From a bacterium (GTDB lineage: Bacteria; Electryoneota; Electryoneia; Electryoneales; Electryoneaceae): 64,000 nt of DNA. The stretch covers positions 2,336,001 to 2,400,000 of the forward strand of contig CAXXKJ010000002.1 of the NCBI GenBank assembly GCA_963675295.2. Direction: 5' to 3'. Each line of letters begins with the position of its first letter. Position 1 is the first letter of the stretch. Below are positions 47,424 through 56,951 of this stretch, in pieces. A model generated the notes under the pieces. The model was given only the letters and a program-made list of their open reading frames with translations. It searched no databases and was not told where the DNA came from. The position numbers and the translations under genes were made by a program.

Positions 47424-47497
47424 GCGCCAGTAGCTCAACTGGATAGAGCACCGGCCTTCTAAGCCGGCGGTTCGGGGTTCAAGTCCCTGCTGGCGTA
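47424..47497 (+). tRNA. tRNA-Arg(TCT)
   Basis: GCGCCAG...CTGGCGT-A; anticodon arm CCGGC-CTTCTAA-GCCGG; TTCAAGT T-loop. Confidence 0.95.
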
Positions 47498-47562
47498 CGA
47501 GGCAGGGGGACATCGATCCCAACTGCGCAAACTGGGAACGTTGTTCCCGGCAAGACAAGCAT

Positions 47563-47637
47563 GGTCCGAGTAGTTCAGTTGGTTAGAACGCCTGACTGTG
47601 GCTCAGGAGGTCGTGGGTTCAAATCCCATCTCGGACC
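47563..47637 (+). tRNA. tRNA-His(GTG)
   Basis: G-1 plus GTCCGAG...CTCGGAC-C73; anticodon arm CCTGA-CTGTGGC-TCAGG. Confidence 0.95.
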
Positions 47638-47711
47638 CAACAACATCCTGAAACAGGGTGTGAACCACCTTCGGGTGGGATAGAGTTTGCGTGCGAAAGC
47701 GCGCATCATGT

Positions 47712-47783
47712 GGCCCCTTCGTCTAGTGGTTAAGACACCAGGTTTTCATCCTGGCAACAGGGGTTCGATTCCCCTAGGGGTCA
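47712..47783 (+). tRNA. tRNA-Glu(TTC)
   Basis: GGCCCCT...AGGGGTC-A; anticodon arm CCAGG-TTTTCAT-CCTGG. Confidence 0.95.
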
Positions 47784-47788
47784 CAGCC

Positions 47789-47816
47789 GCCCTCGGCATT
47801 TGCCGGGGGCATTTTT
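47789..47816 (+). terminator. Terminator after the tRNA cluster
   Basis: GCCCTCGGC-ATTT-GCCGGGGGC followed by ATTTTT. Confidence 0.7.
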
Positions 47817-47928
47817 GTTGTCCGCGCTTTGCGTTTCGCCTCCTCCGGATTACCTTAGACCCGTACCTGTTGTCCTTCGACCAGACATCACATTCGATAA
47901 CCACCCGGCATGTAGTGGAGGAACCCCC

Positions 47929-49404
47929 ATGCGCACTCTCACGCTCAGTCTGATGGTCTTGTTGTTTGCCGTGATGGCATCGTTCGCGATCACGCTTGAG
48001 GAGTTTCAAGCTCAATGGCAGGACGCAGACAGCAAGGAAGCGAAGATCGAGCTGACGCGTCAGGCGTTGGCCCAGATCGAGGATCTGGACCTGATCCGGA
48101 AAATTCAGGACAAGTGGTCGGATTATGACCGTGCGTCGGCGGAAACGTATTTCACCGAGCGGTTGGCGGGTGACGAAAGCGCGACGAACCTTTACCTGAT
48201 GGGCCGTTTGCAGACGACACCGATGGCGAAGATCGATTACGCCCGCCGTGCGATTGCGAAGGACCCGATGTTTATTTACGGCTACCGGTTGCTGGCGGTG
48301 CCGTACATGAACGGACTGTTCGACGCGGAGGAGGGGGACGAATACTACACTGAGCTCGCCGCGAGTTTCCCGAAGGATTACCCGTTACTGAAGGGCGCGA
48401 CGGAAAAGTTGCCCGAGGACGGCGACGCGTGGCAATTCCTCTACGAATCGCAGGTGCACATGGACGATTACGCCGCGCAGCTGGAAACGTTGAACCGTGG
48501 CAAGGAGATGGGCGCACGTTGGGCGGGCACACAGGGCTTTGTCAACGCCTATGTCGGCATGGGCGACTATGAGCTGGCGCAGGAACAGGCGGCGGTGCTG
48601 GTGGATGAACGGATCGCGAACGGCCGACTCGAGCCGGAATACCGTGACGAGATGATTTTCTACCGCTATTCGAACGCGTTGGACGCGACGAACTCACTGG
48701 ATGAGGCGGTACGGTATTTCTCAAGCGTCGAGGGTGATCTGGCGGCGACGGCCCGCGTGTACCTGGCGGCGACGTGGGTGCGCAAGGGAAGCGAAAAAAA
48801 GGCGTGGAAGGCGCTGAACGAGGCCATCGAGCTGGGGTATGACACTCCGGGTGAATTGCAGCAGGTCGAGGAGCTCGATCCGCTGCATGGCACAAAGAAG
48901 TGGGAGAAGGCGCTCAAGGCGGTGCAGCAGAACCGGATCGATAGCGCGCCGGAACGCCGCGCGGAAGTGTTGGCTGGGAAAATGGATCTCGCCGCGCCGG
49001 AGTTGGCGATGGTAGATGTGAACGGTGATGCGGTCACGTTGGCGGATTTGCGTGGCAAGGTGGTGGTGATTGACTTCTGGGCGACGTGGTGCGGCCCGTG
49101 CCGGATGGCGATGCCGGAGATCAACGAGTTTACCCGTGACTACGCGGACAAGGATGTCGTGGTGATTTCGCTGAACGTGTGGGAAGACGCCGCGGAGAAG
49201 GCGAAGAAGTTCATGGTCGACAAGGAGTACGCGATGCGTCTGATGTGGGCCACCGGAGAGGAACAGCCGACGGACCAGTTCGAGGTGAGCGGCATCCCGA
49301 CGTTGGTAGTGATTGACAAGGAGGGCGTCATCCGGTTCAAGGAAGTCGGCTACGAAGAAGGGCTGCGTGAAAAACTCGGCTGGTTCGCGGACGATTTGTT
49401 GTAG
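47929..49404 (+). CDS. TlpA/ResA-like thiol-disulfide oxidoreductase with an N-terminal helical/TPR region
   Basis: Signal peptide; GKVVVIDFWATWCGPC and GIPTLVVIDKEG. Confidence 0.88.
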   Translation: MRTLTLSLMVLLFAVMASFAITLEEFQAQWQDADSKEAKIELTRQALAQIEDLDLIRKIQDKWSDYDRASAETYFTERLAGDESATNLYLMGRLQTTPMAKIDYARRAIAKDPMFIYGYRLLAVPYMNGLFDAEEGDEYYTELAASFPKDYPLLKGATEKLPEDGDAWQFLYESQVHMDDYAAQLETLNRGKEMGARWAGTQGFVNAYVGMGDYELAQEQAAVLVDERIANGRLEPEYRDEMIFYRYSNALDATNSLDEAVRYFSSVEGDLAATARVYLAATWVRKGSEKKAWKALNEAIELGYDTPGELQQVEELDPLHGTKKWEKALKAVQQNRIDSAPERRAEVLAGKMDLAAPELAMVDVNGDAVTLADLRGKVVVIDFWATWCGPCRMAMPEINEFTRDYADKDVVVISLNVWEDAAEKAKKFMVDKEYAMRLMWATGEEQPTDQFEVSGIPTLVVIDKEGVIRFKEVGYEEGLREKLGWFADDLL

Positions 49405-49604
49405 GGTCGGCTACGGTCGGCGGACTGGTGGCAGTCTATTCCCCTGTGAACCAGGTTTAGTCTGGACGAAAAATGCCTCTCCAGATCCCTTAAAACACGG
49501 AATCATTTTGTGTTGAACGGGAGGTTGCAGTTGAGCTGGGGAGTGTCTGTAGATATCTTACTGGATCATTGTTTAAAACCTCCCATAAAGGGTCCGGAGG
49601 CTTC

Positions 49605-52154
49605 ATGCGCACGCGTTACCTCGTACTGTCACTGTTACTTGGACTTCTGATTGTTGGCTTGGCAGTCGCCGAAGAGCTGCATCCGTTGGGTGCGATTTAT
49701 TCAGAGCAGCCGGATTGGGTGCTTGACTCGCCGGAAATCATCCTGAACAACGGTCTCGAAGAGCTCGACGAGTTTGTCGACAACTCGGCGGGTTTGCCAC
49801 CGGTCGGGAACCAGGGATCGCAGGGTAGCTGCACCGCGTGGGCGTGCGCGTACTACTACCTGACTTACACGCAGGGCCAGGATTACGGTTGGGACCTGAC
49901 TGACCGGGCGCACCAGATGAGCCCGGCGTTCACGTACAACCTGATCAACGGTGGTGGAGATAATGGCTCAAACCCGTACGACGCGTTCGAGGTGTTCGAA
50001 ACGCTTGGCAGCGCGACGTATGAGGACATGCCGTACACGCAGAGCAACTGCACGAATTTCCCGCCTGGAGAAGGGTTCCGCAACGGCCTGAAGTTCCGTA
50101 CCTCGGCGACGTATTCGATCAACGTCGGGTCGCAGTATGGTGTTAACCAGCTGAAGACGCACCTCGCGAACGGCAACATTTCGATGATCGCGATTACGGT
50201 GTGGCCGAACTTCGACAACATCAGCAGCTACAACTACAACTACTGCGTGAATGACATCTACGGCGAAATTCGTGGCGGTCACGCGGTGACGGTTGTCGGG
50301 TATGACGATTCGCGTGTCACCAGCGACGGTGTCGGCGCATTCAAAATGGTCAACTCGTGGGGCCCGAACTGGGGACAGCAGGGATTCTGGTGGATGTCGT
50401 ACGAAGCGTTCATGGATGATATCATCTGCTGGGGCTACGCTCTATACGCCGACGATATCCCGCAGTACGAACCGACCCTTGTTGCGCGTGTTGAGCCGAC
50501 TCACAGCCACTGGTATTCGCTGGAATACGTACTCGGTTCGGGAACGTGTGACCAACCGACGGCCAGCGGCCGTTACTTCGATTTCAGCAACAACGGCGTG
50601 CATGCGTATCCGGACAATGCGTATTTCTACATCGACCTGACCGAGTACGCGGGCGGCTTGTCGTTAACCGAACCGAACTACTTCTTCATCAAGGGCGATG
50701 ATCAGCGGGCGTACGATGGTCACGGCGGCACGATTAATCACGTGATGATCGAGGATCTGGTCAACGAGCATTACGCGACGTGCTACAGCACGCCGGTGCC
50801 GATTCCGGACAACCAGAACGATGCGGAAATCGATGTCGTCCTGTATCACGCGGCAGTACCACCGGCGAGCCTGGACGCGGCGATCGACCTCAGTGACGGA
50901 TCTATTGATCTGACGTGGCCGGCGGTGACCGGCGGGTCCGATTTCCTCGGTTATAACGTCTACCGTGACGGCGAGATGATCGCGTTCACGGAAAACACGT
51001 ACTATACGGATTCGCTGCCAGATTTCGGTGAATACGATTACAGGGTATCGTCTGTCTGGGAACCGTGCCAATCATGGCCGACGGACGACGCGCATGTGAA
51101 CTGGTGGACGCCGGTGAATTCGTCCTACCCGGAAGTCCCGGCGCTGGACGGCGCGACAGGCGACTTCACCCTCAGCTGGGAACAGCTTCGGTACTACGAT
51201 GTGCAGTATGACGACGGCACCTGTGAACAGGAGCTGGTTTTCAGTGCGGCGGCTCAGCATGGCGCGATGATGGCGCAGCGCTTTTACGCCCAGCACGACG
51301 GCAAGTTGACGAAGGTGAATTTGTTCTTCCCGGACTGTGATTATCCGATGGGGAACGTGAAGCTGAAGGTGTTCAGCCAGGATGGTGACGGCATGCCTGA
51401 CGTGGAGCTTGCGAGCACGGTTGGTTTCACGCCGGTGGCCGGTGAGTGGAACATGATCGATCTCGAGGCGAAGCGCGTCGTGGTGACTGATGGTGACCCA
51501 CTGTGGATCGCCGTTTGGTATTCGAGCGTTGGAACCTCCGCAATCGGTCTCGACATCAATTCGAACAACGATGGCCGCATGCTCAGTCCGGATGGTGCCA
51601 ACTGGATGTCGATGGGCGGTGGCGGTGCTTTGATGATGCGTGCCGAATTCGGGGAAGAGGAACTGATTGACGGCATGACCGGCCTGCTCGGGTTCAAGGT
51701 TTACCAGGACAACGAGCTGCTCGGCGAGGTGAACAACAACCTGCACGAAATCGACGGCACGTTGCCGGGCGCGGGGACGTACACCTTCCGCGTGGATGCG
51801 ATTTATCAGCAGGGTGTGTGGACCGGTGAGGACATGGAGTTGACGTGGGACGGATTCACCAAGGTTGCGGAGAACGATCTGCTGCCGAAGGAATTCGCCG
51901 TTTCCAATGCCTACCCGAACCCGTTCAACCCGGTGACCTCGTTCAACGTGACGCTGCCGCAGGCGGCGGAGCTGAACGTGACGGTGTACAACATGCTTGG
52001 CCAGCAGGTCGCGCGGCTGGCGAACGGTAAGTTCGTCGCGGGTGAGCATCGGCTGCAGTTCGATGCGAACGGGCTGTCCAGCGGTCTGTACCTGGTGCGG
52101 GTGAGTGTGCCGGGTGAGCTGAACAACGTGATGAAGGTGATGTACCTGCAGTAG
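49605..52154 (+). CDS. Papain-family (C1A) cysteine peptidase with FN3-like domains and T9SS CTD
   Basis: NQGSQGSCTAWA, GGHAVTVVGYDD and NSWGPNWG; YPNPFNP CTD. Confidence 0.92.
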   Translation: MRTRYLVLSLLLGLLIVGLAVAEELHPLGAIYSEQPDWVLDSPEIILNNGLEELDEFVDNSAGLPPVGNQGSQGSCTAWACAYYYLTYTQGQDYGWDLTDRAHQMSPAFTYNLINGGGDNGSNPYDAFEVFETLGSATYEDMPYTQSNCTNFPPGEGFRNGLKFRTSATYSINVGSQYGVNQLKTHLANGNISMIAITVWPNFDNISSYNYNYCVNDIYGEIRGGHAVTVVGYDDSRVTSDGVGAFKMVNSWGPNWGQQGFWWMSYEAFMDDIICWGYALYADDIPQYEPTLVARVEPTHSHWYSLEYVLGSGTCDQPTASGRYFDFSNNGVHAYPDNAYFYIDLTEYAGGLSLTEPNYFFIKGDDQRAYDGHGGTINHVMIEDLVNEHYATCYSTPVPIPDNQNDAEIDVVLYHAAVPPASLDAAIDLSDGSIDLTWPAVTGGSDFLGYNVYRDGEMIAFTENTYYTDSLPDFGEYDYRVSSVWEPCQSWPTDDAHVNWWTPVNSSYPEVPALDGATGDFTLSWEQLRYYDVQYDDGTCEQELVFSAAAQHGAMMAQRFYAQHDGKLTKVNLFFPDCDYPMGNVKLKVFSQDGDGMPDVELASTVGFTPVAGEWNMIDLEAKRVVVTDGDPLWIAVWYSSVGTSAIGLDINSNNDGRMLSPDGANWMSMGGGGALMMRAEFGEEELIDGMTGLLGFKVYQDNELLGEVNNNLHEIDGTLPGAGTYTFRVDAIYQQGVWTGEDMELTWDGFTKVAENDLLPKEFAVSNAYPNPFNPVTSFNVTLPQAAELNVTVYNMLGQQVARLANGKFVAGEHRLQFDANGLSSGLYLVRVSVPGELNNVMKVMYLQ

Positions 52155-52215
52155 GCGCAGCGAATGACGCGAGACGCTGTCTCGCTTGGTGATTCTCCAA
52201 TCGTGAGACGTGGCG

Positions 52216-52242
52216 AGGCTCTCTTCTAAAAGGGAGCCTTTT
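52216..52242 (+). terminator. Intrinsic terminator
   Basis: AGGCTCTCTT-CTA-AAAGGGAGCCT followed by TTT. Confidence 0.6.
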
Positions 52243-52278
52243 CACGTATATTATACTCACTTTGCAAAGGAATTCAGG

Positions 52279-53196
52279 TTGGAACGATTGGAACGCATCA
52301 CAACCAGCAAGAGCACCTCGTTACGGCGTAGCCAGGTGATCAAGCGGTTACGGGAAAACAACAATCTGCCGGTGTTTCCGGACATTCTCCATCGTCTCGA
52401 GTCGATTCTGGAGGATACCACCCGGGTCAACATCAACCAGGTTGCTGAACTGATTGAGAGTGAACCGGTGATTGCCGGGCGGGTGATCAAGCTTGCCAAC
52501 AGCGCGTATTATGGCGGTGGCCGGCGGACTCTCGACAGCATCCCGCTCGCGGTCAACCGGCTTGGGTATCACACCCTGCGAACCCTCGTGTATTCCTGTG
52601 TTCTTCCCGAAATGTTCCTGGATGTGAAGGGCTTCGACCACTTGCAGTTCTGGCGGCATTCATTGATCGTCGCGTTGCTCTCGCGTGACCTGATGACGCG
52701 TTCAGTGGAACGCACGCTGAAGACAATCGATCAGGCGTATCTGGCGGGTTTGATGCACGGCGTCGGGGTGCTGGTGTTCATGACGCTCGTACCGCATGAA
52801 TACAGGCAGGCGTTGCAGACGTCGAAGGAGTCCGGCACCATGCTGTCGGCGGTGGAGAAGGAGATGTTCGGTATTGATCACGCCGAACTGGGATCCCTGC
52901 TGCTGGAGAGCGAATGGAACATGGACGATGTGGTTGTAGAGGCAGTCCGCAATCAGTATGTAGCGCCGGAAGCGAAGCCGCCGCGTAATGTGCGGGAAAC
53001 GTTGTACGTCGCGAACGCGGTGTGCCTCGTGTACGGCATCTCCAACGGGACCGGGATGAACTACGAGAGCCAGCATCTCGATTTACTGGCGAACATCGGG
53101 CGTCTCAAATATGACAAGGAGACGATCGAACGGTTGCTGGAGTTGGCGCAGGACGAAGTATCGACGATCGAGGATTTTCTGCACTTCCATCCGTAA
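52279..53196 (+). CDS. Stand-alone HDOD domain signal protein
   Basis: LPVFP, VIKLANSAYY, FWRHSL, AYLAGLMHGVG and FGIDHAELG; start (TTG) uncertain. Confidence 0.88.
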   Translation: MERLERITTSKSTSLRRSQVIKRLRENNNLPVFPDILHRLESILEDTTRVNINQVAELIESEPVIAGRVIKLANSAYYGGGRRTLDSIPLAVNRLGYHTLRTLVYSCVLPEMFLDVKGFDHLQFWRHSLIVALLSRDLMTRSVERTLKTIDQAYLAGLMHGVGVLVFMTLVPHEYRQALQTSKESGTMLSAVEKEMFGIDHAELGSLLLESEWNMDDVVVEAVRNQYVAPEAKPPRNVRETLYVANAVCLVYGISNGTGMNYESQHLDLLANIGRLKYDKETIERLLELAQDEVSTIEDFLHFHP

Positions 53197-53295
53197 GGAT
53201 TGGACACAGTCAACTGACTACGGACTACGGTCGGTGGTTGGCGGATTACGGACTGCGAACATACAAGGTACGGATTGAGATTGACCACCTGATGA

Positions 53296-53400
53296 CCCCA
53301 GACATGAATGTCTGGGGCATTTTGGTAGATGTGAGATTTGAGACGTGAGATTTGAGATTTTAGATGTGAGATGTGAGATGTGAGATGTGAGACTAAAGAT
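53296..53400. repeat. Family B palindrome (53296-53317) followed by a (GTGAGAT)n heptamer array
   Basis: Seen directly in the spacer between convergent genes. Confidence 0.8.
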
Positions 53401-53499
53401 CAGAGATGTAAGACCACAGGCCAAACTCGGCCACTGATCACTTACACTCACGCCGACCGCTGAAAACCGTTTACCGGCTACTGATAACCGTTTACAGCA

Positions 53500-55422
53500 T
53501 CATGCTCCGCCGTGAAGCCGGTCACGCAATTCACGGCGCAACACGTACCCACTTGAGCTGCGCGGGATGGCGTCAGCCTTCATGTACAGCGTCGGGACTT
53601 TGTATTTCGGCAGGTTTCTCGCGGTGCAGAACTCCAGCAGCTCGTTCTCGTCTGGCACGTAATCCCGTTTCGGCACAACGAACGCGACCACTTCCTGCCC
53701 GAGGTTGGAATCGGGACGGGCAACCACCGCGACGTCCTCGAATTCTTCGTGTTCGATCAGCACGGCTTCAACCTCCTGCGGATAGATGGCGAAGCCGCCA
53801 CGCACGATGCGGTCCTCCTTGCGGGAGGTGAGGTACAGCCAGTGGTTATCGTCGAGGTGGCCGAGGTCGGAGGTCGCGAACCAGCCGTCCTCGTTGAGCT
53901 GGCTCTGACCGTTTTCGTACCCCGCTACCACATTTGGTCCCCGCACCCATATCTCACCGGTTTTTCCGGGGAGTAGCAGGGTACCGTCATCATCCCGGAT
54001 CTCGACTTCCAGACCGGAGATCGGTAGACCGAGCGAATCCGGGTTGCTGGCGTCGAAATGGGTCGGGTTGATGGTGATAATGCCTGCGGATTCGGTGGTG
54101 CCGTAGGCGGTTGCGACCGGGCAGCCGAGGTGATCAGCGAAGCTGCTGAGCACGTTCAGGTCGGAATAGCGTCCCGCGCACAACGCGAAGCGCAGCCGTC
54201 GGATCGGCGAATGCGCACGCAAGGACCGGGTAATATCACCGTTGACCGGACCGAGCGAGGTTTCGTCTTCGTCGTCCGTGTCTTCCTGACCGTTGCCATC
54301 CAGGCTGCCGATCTCGCTGTTGTCCTGATCCGGCTTCGCATCGGTGGGTTCCGGTGTGTCCGGAGCGGTACTGGCTGTGGTTTCCGGCGCATCCGCGGCC
54401 GTGTTTGCCTCTGCTTCCGGCTGGGATGCTTCATCGATCGGAGTATCAACGTCGGCGTCAGTCTGTTCATCAGACTCGGCGGGTGCGGAGGCCTCCTCAG
54501 CGGCTGTTGGTTCCGTATCCGGTTGTTCGACAGCGGTTTCCGTGATAGTTACAGCGCTGGTTTCTGCCGGTGCCGGATGCTGTGCCGCTTCGGCCTCGAG
54601 TTCCTGCTTGGCGAGGGCTTCGAGTTCCGGTTGCAGCTGGGCGAAATGGGCGTAATTACCGATATAGGCGGTGATGTCGCTGTCACGGAGCAGACCGGCG
54701 ACTTCCTGCGCGGACCAGTGCCGGCAGGTTTGCAGCGTGCACGCCGCCCACGCGGGCAGGAGCATCTGGAACAGGAATCCGAACGAATCCCAGAACGGAT
54801 GGGTGCCGTACAATACGCTGGTGGACAGCACCTGCAGGATCTTTCGCACCGATTCGGTTGCGCTGAGCAGGTTGGCGTGTGTCAGCGGCACGAGCTGATG
54901 TTCCTGGCTGACGCCGGAGGTGTGGCGTCGCACGGCGACAGTGTCGAGCTCTCCTTTCGGCTCTTCAGCCCACGGGAAGGCGTCGCGCGGCCACTGGTCA
55001 CCAACGATGAAGCCGGTGTCATCGACGGGGAAGATGGGGAGTTGCATGTCGTGCAGACCCAGCTCCCACTTGAGCTCATCCGCCCGTGACTGCTGCACAA
55101 ACACCGCTGCCGGCACCGGATTGCGCAACAGGCGCGCGAGCTGGTCGTTCGGCAGGGTCGCGTCAATCGGCAGATACACCGCACCGAGCCACGGCGCGGC
55201 GAAGGCGAGGATCGGGTGCAGCGGCAGGTTCGGCAGGATCACGGCGATGTTGTCGCCGGGTTGCACGCCGATCTTATGCAAGGTTCCCGCGATCATGCGG
55301 ACGTCTTTTTCCATCTCCGCCCAGGTCAGCGTGCTCTCGGGGAAGACGAACGCGGGTTCGTCCCGCCGGTTAGACGCGGCGGCGGCGAGGATCAGGTCAC
55401 AGATATGGTTTGGCCGCGTCAT
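53500..55422 (-). CDS. AMP-binding (acyl-CoA ligase-like) protein with degenerate active-site motifs and an acidic insertion
   Basis: LTHANL, YGTTE, GEIWVRGPNVVAGY, WFATSDLG and IYPQEVE; P-loop and A10 Lys are altered. Confidence 0.82.
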   Translation of the reverse strand: MTRPNHICDLILAAAASNRRDEPAFVFPESTLTWAEMEKDVRMIAGTLHKIGVQPGDNIAVILPNLPLHPILAFAAPWLGAVYLPIDATLPNDQLARLLRNPVPAAVFVQQSRADELKWELGLHDMQLPIFPVDDTGFIVGDQWPRDAFPWAEEPKGELDTVAVRRHTSGVSQEHQLVPLTHANLLSATESVRKILQVLSTSVLYGTHPFWDSFGFLFQMLLPAWAACTLQTCRHWSAQEVAGLLRDSDITAYIGNYAHFAQLQPELEALAKQELEAEAAQHPAPAETSAVTITETAVEQPDTEPTAAEEASAPAESDEQTDADVDTPIDEASQPEAEANTAADAPETTASTAPDTPEPTDAKPDQDNSEIGSLDGNGQEDTDDEDETSLGPVNGDITRSLRAHSPIRRLRFALCAGRYSDLNVLSSFADHLGCPVATAYGTTESAGIITINPTHFDASNPDSLGLPISGLEVEIRDDDGTLLLPGKTGEIWVRGPNVVAGYENGQSQLNEDGWFATSDLGHLDDNHWLYLTSRKEDRIVRGGFAIYPQEVEAVLIEHEEFEDVAVVARPDSNLGQEVVAFVVPKRDYVPDENELLEFCTARNLPKYKVPTLYMKADAIPRSSSGYVLRRELRDRLHGGA

Positions 55423-56951
55423 ACGAAATCCTCGCGGTCCAGTTCACGGAAACTGACGGCTTCGAGCACATCCACCTCGGTAACGTCCTGCCGGCCTTCG
55501 AGGTCGGCAATGGTGCGTGCGACTTTCAACGCCCGCATGTGTGCACGGGCGGAGAGGCCGAGCTGTTCAATCGCCTGACGTAGCGATGTTTCGGCCTTTT
55601 CAGTGATGTTGGCGAGGTTGCGCAGATGTTTCGTCGACATCTCGCCATTGGAGAAGATCGGAACTTCGCTGAAGCGCTGCAATTGCCGCTCGCGTGCCTC
55701 GATGACCCGGGCTCGCACATCCGCGGAAGGCTCTCCTTCTTCCTTCAACGACAATTCTTCCGGTTTGACCGCTGGAACCGGAACATGAAGGTCGATGCGA
55801 TCCAGCAGTGGGCCGGAGATGCGGGATTTGTACGAGCGGATCTGTCCGGCGCTGACCGAGCCTTCGACGAGCTCGCTGCCACGGTAGCGTCCCGGCGTCG
55901 GGTTCATCGCGGCGACGAGCAGGAAGCGGGCGGGAAAACGTGTCGTCGCGGCGACACGGGCGATCACGACCTCGCCGTCCTCCAGCGGTTGCCGCAGCAC
56001 TTCGAGTGTCGCCTTGCGGAATTCCGGCAGCTCGTCAAGGAATAATACGCCACGGTGTGCGAGTGACACTTCGCCGGGGACCGGTACGGTTCCGCCGCCG
56101 ATCAGGCCGGCGTCGCTGATGGTGTGGTGCGGGCTGCGGAACGGGCGTACAGCCATCAGTGCAGCCCCGTTCGGCAGGGTTCCGGCGACGGAGTGAATCT
56201 GTGTCGTCTCGAGGGCTTCGTCCAACGTCGGGTCCGGGAGGATGGTTGGCAGGCGGCGCGCGAGCATCGTCTTGCCCGATCCCGGCGGACCGATCATAAG
56301 AACGTTATGATTGCCGGAGGCGGCGATTTCGAGCGCACGTTTTGCCCGTTGCTGGCCTTTCACCTCGCGGAAATCGACCTCATAGTTGCGTTGCGTCGAA
56401 AACAGTTCCTGGATGTCGAGGGTGTACGGCTCGACGTCATCGACGCCGTTGAGGAAATCGACGACATCGCGGAGAGTTGCCATCGGGTAGATCGGCAGGC
56501 CCTCGGCGACAGCGGCCTCGTCCTGGTTCTCCACCGGCACGACCAGTTTCTTGCCCTTCAGTCCGCGAACGGCGAGCGCGGACGGCAGCACACCTTTGAC
56601 CGCGCGGACGCGACCGTCGAGGCTGAGTTCACCGACGAAGACGTAGTCTTCGATGTTATCGCAATTGATCTGGCCGCTGGCGCTGAGCAGGCCGACCGCG
56701 AGCGCGAGATCGTAGGCCGAGCCTTCCTTGCGCAGGTCGGCGGGGGCGAGGTTGATCGTCACCTTGCGGCGGGGGAAAATGAGTCCGGCATTTTTCATCG
56801 CGGCGGAGACGCGGTCCTTCGCCTCACGCACCGACGCGCCCGCGAGGCCCACAATGGTGAAGTTGAGCAACCCGCCTTCCATCTGCGTTTCGACTTCGAC
56901 GAGCGTGGCGTCAATTCCCTGCAGTGCGACCGACCAGACCCGGCTGAACAT
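55419..56951 (-). CDS. comM: YifB/ComM Mg-chelatase-like AAA+ ATPase
   Basis: TINLAPADLRKEGSAYDL, GPPGSGKTMLA, PFRSPHHT, GEVSLAHRGVLFLDELPEF and SGPLLDRID. Confidence 0.93.
   Translation of the reverse strand: MFSRVWSVALQGIDATLVEVETQMEGGLLNFTIVGLAGASVREAKDRVSAAMKNAGLIFPRRKVTINLAPADLRKEGSAYDLALAVGLLSASGQINCDNIEDYVFVGELSLDGRVRAVKGVLPSALAVRGLKGKKLVVPVENQDEAAVAEGLPIYPMATLRDVVDFLNGVDDVEPYTLDIQELFSTQRNYEVDFREVKGQQRAKRALEIAASGNHNVLMIGPPGSGKTMLARRLPTILPDPTLDEALETTQIHSVAGTLPNGAALMAVRPFRSPHHTISDAGLIGGGTVPVPGEVSLAHRGVLFLDELPEFRKATLEVLRQPLEDGEVVIARVAATTRFPARFLLVAAMNPTPGRYRGSELVEGSVSAGQIRSYKSRISGPLLDRIDLHVPVPAVKPEELSLKEEGEPSADVRARVIEARERQLQRFSEVPIFSNGEMSTKHLRNLANITEKAETSLRQAIEQLGLSARAHMRALKVARTIADLEGRQDVTEVDVLEAVSFRELDREDFV

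Noticed and set aside
47287-47783. tRNA cluster as an island integration site
   Set aside because: No integrase and no duplicated tRNA 3' end noticed in the window.
53461-53497. AACCGTTTAC direct repeat resembling a LacI-type operator
   Set aside because: It lies between convergent gene ends and has only two short copies.
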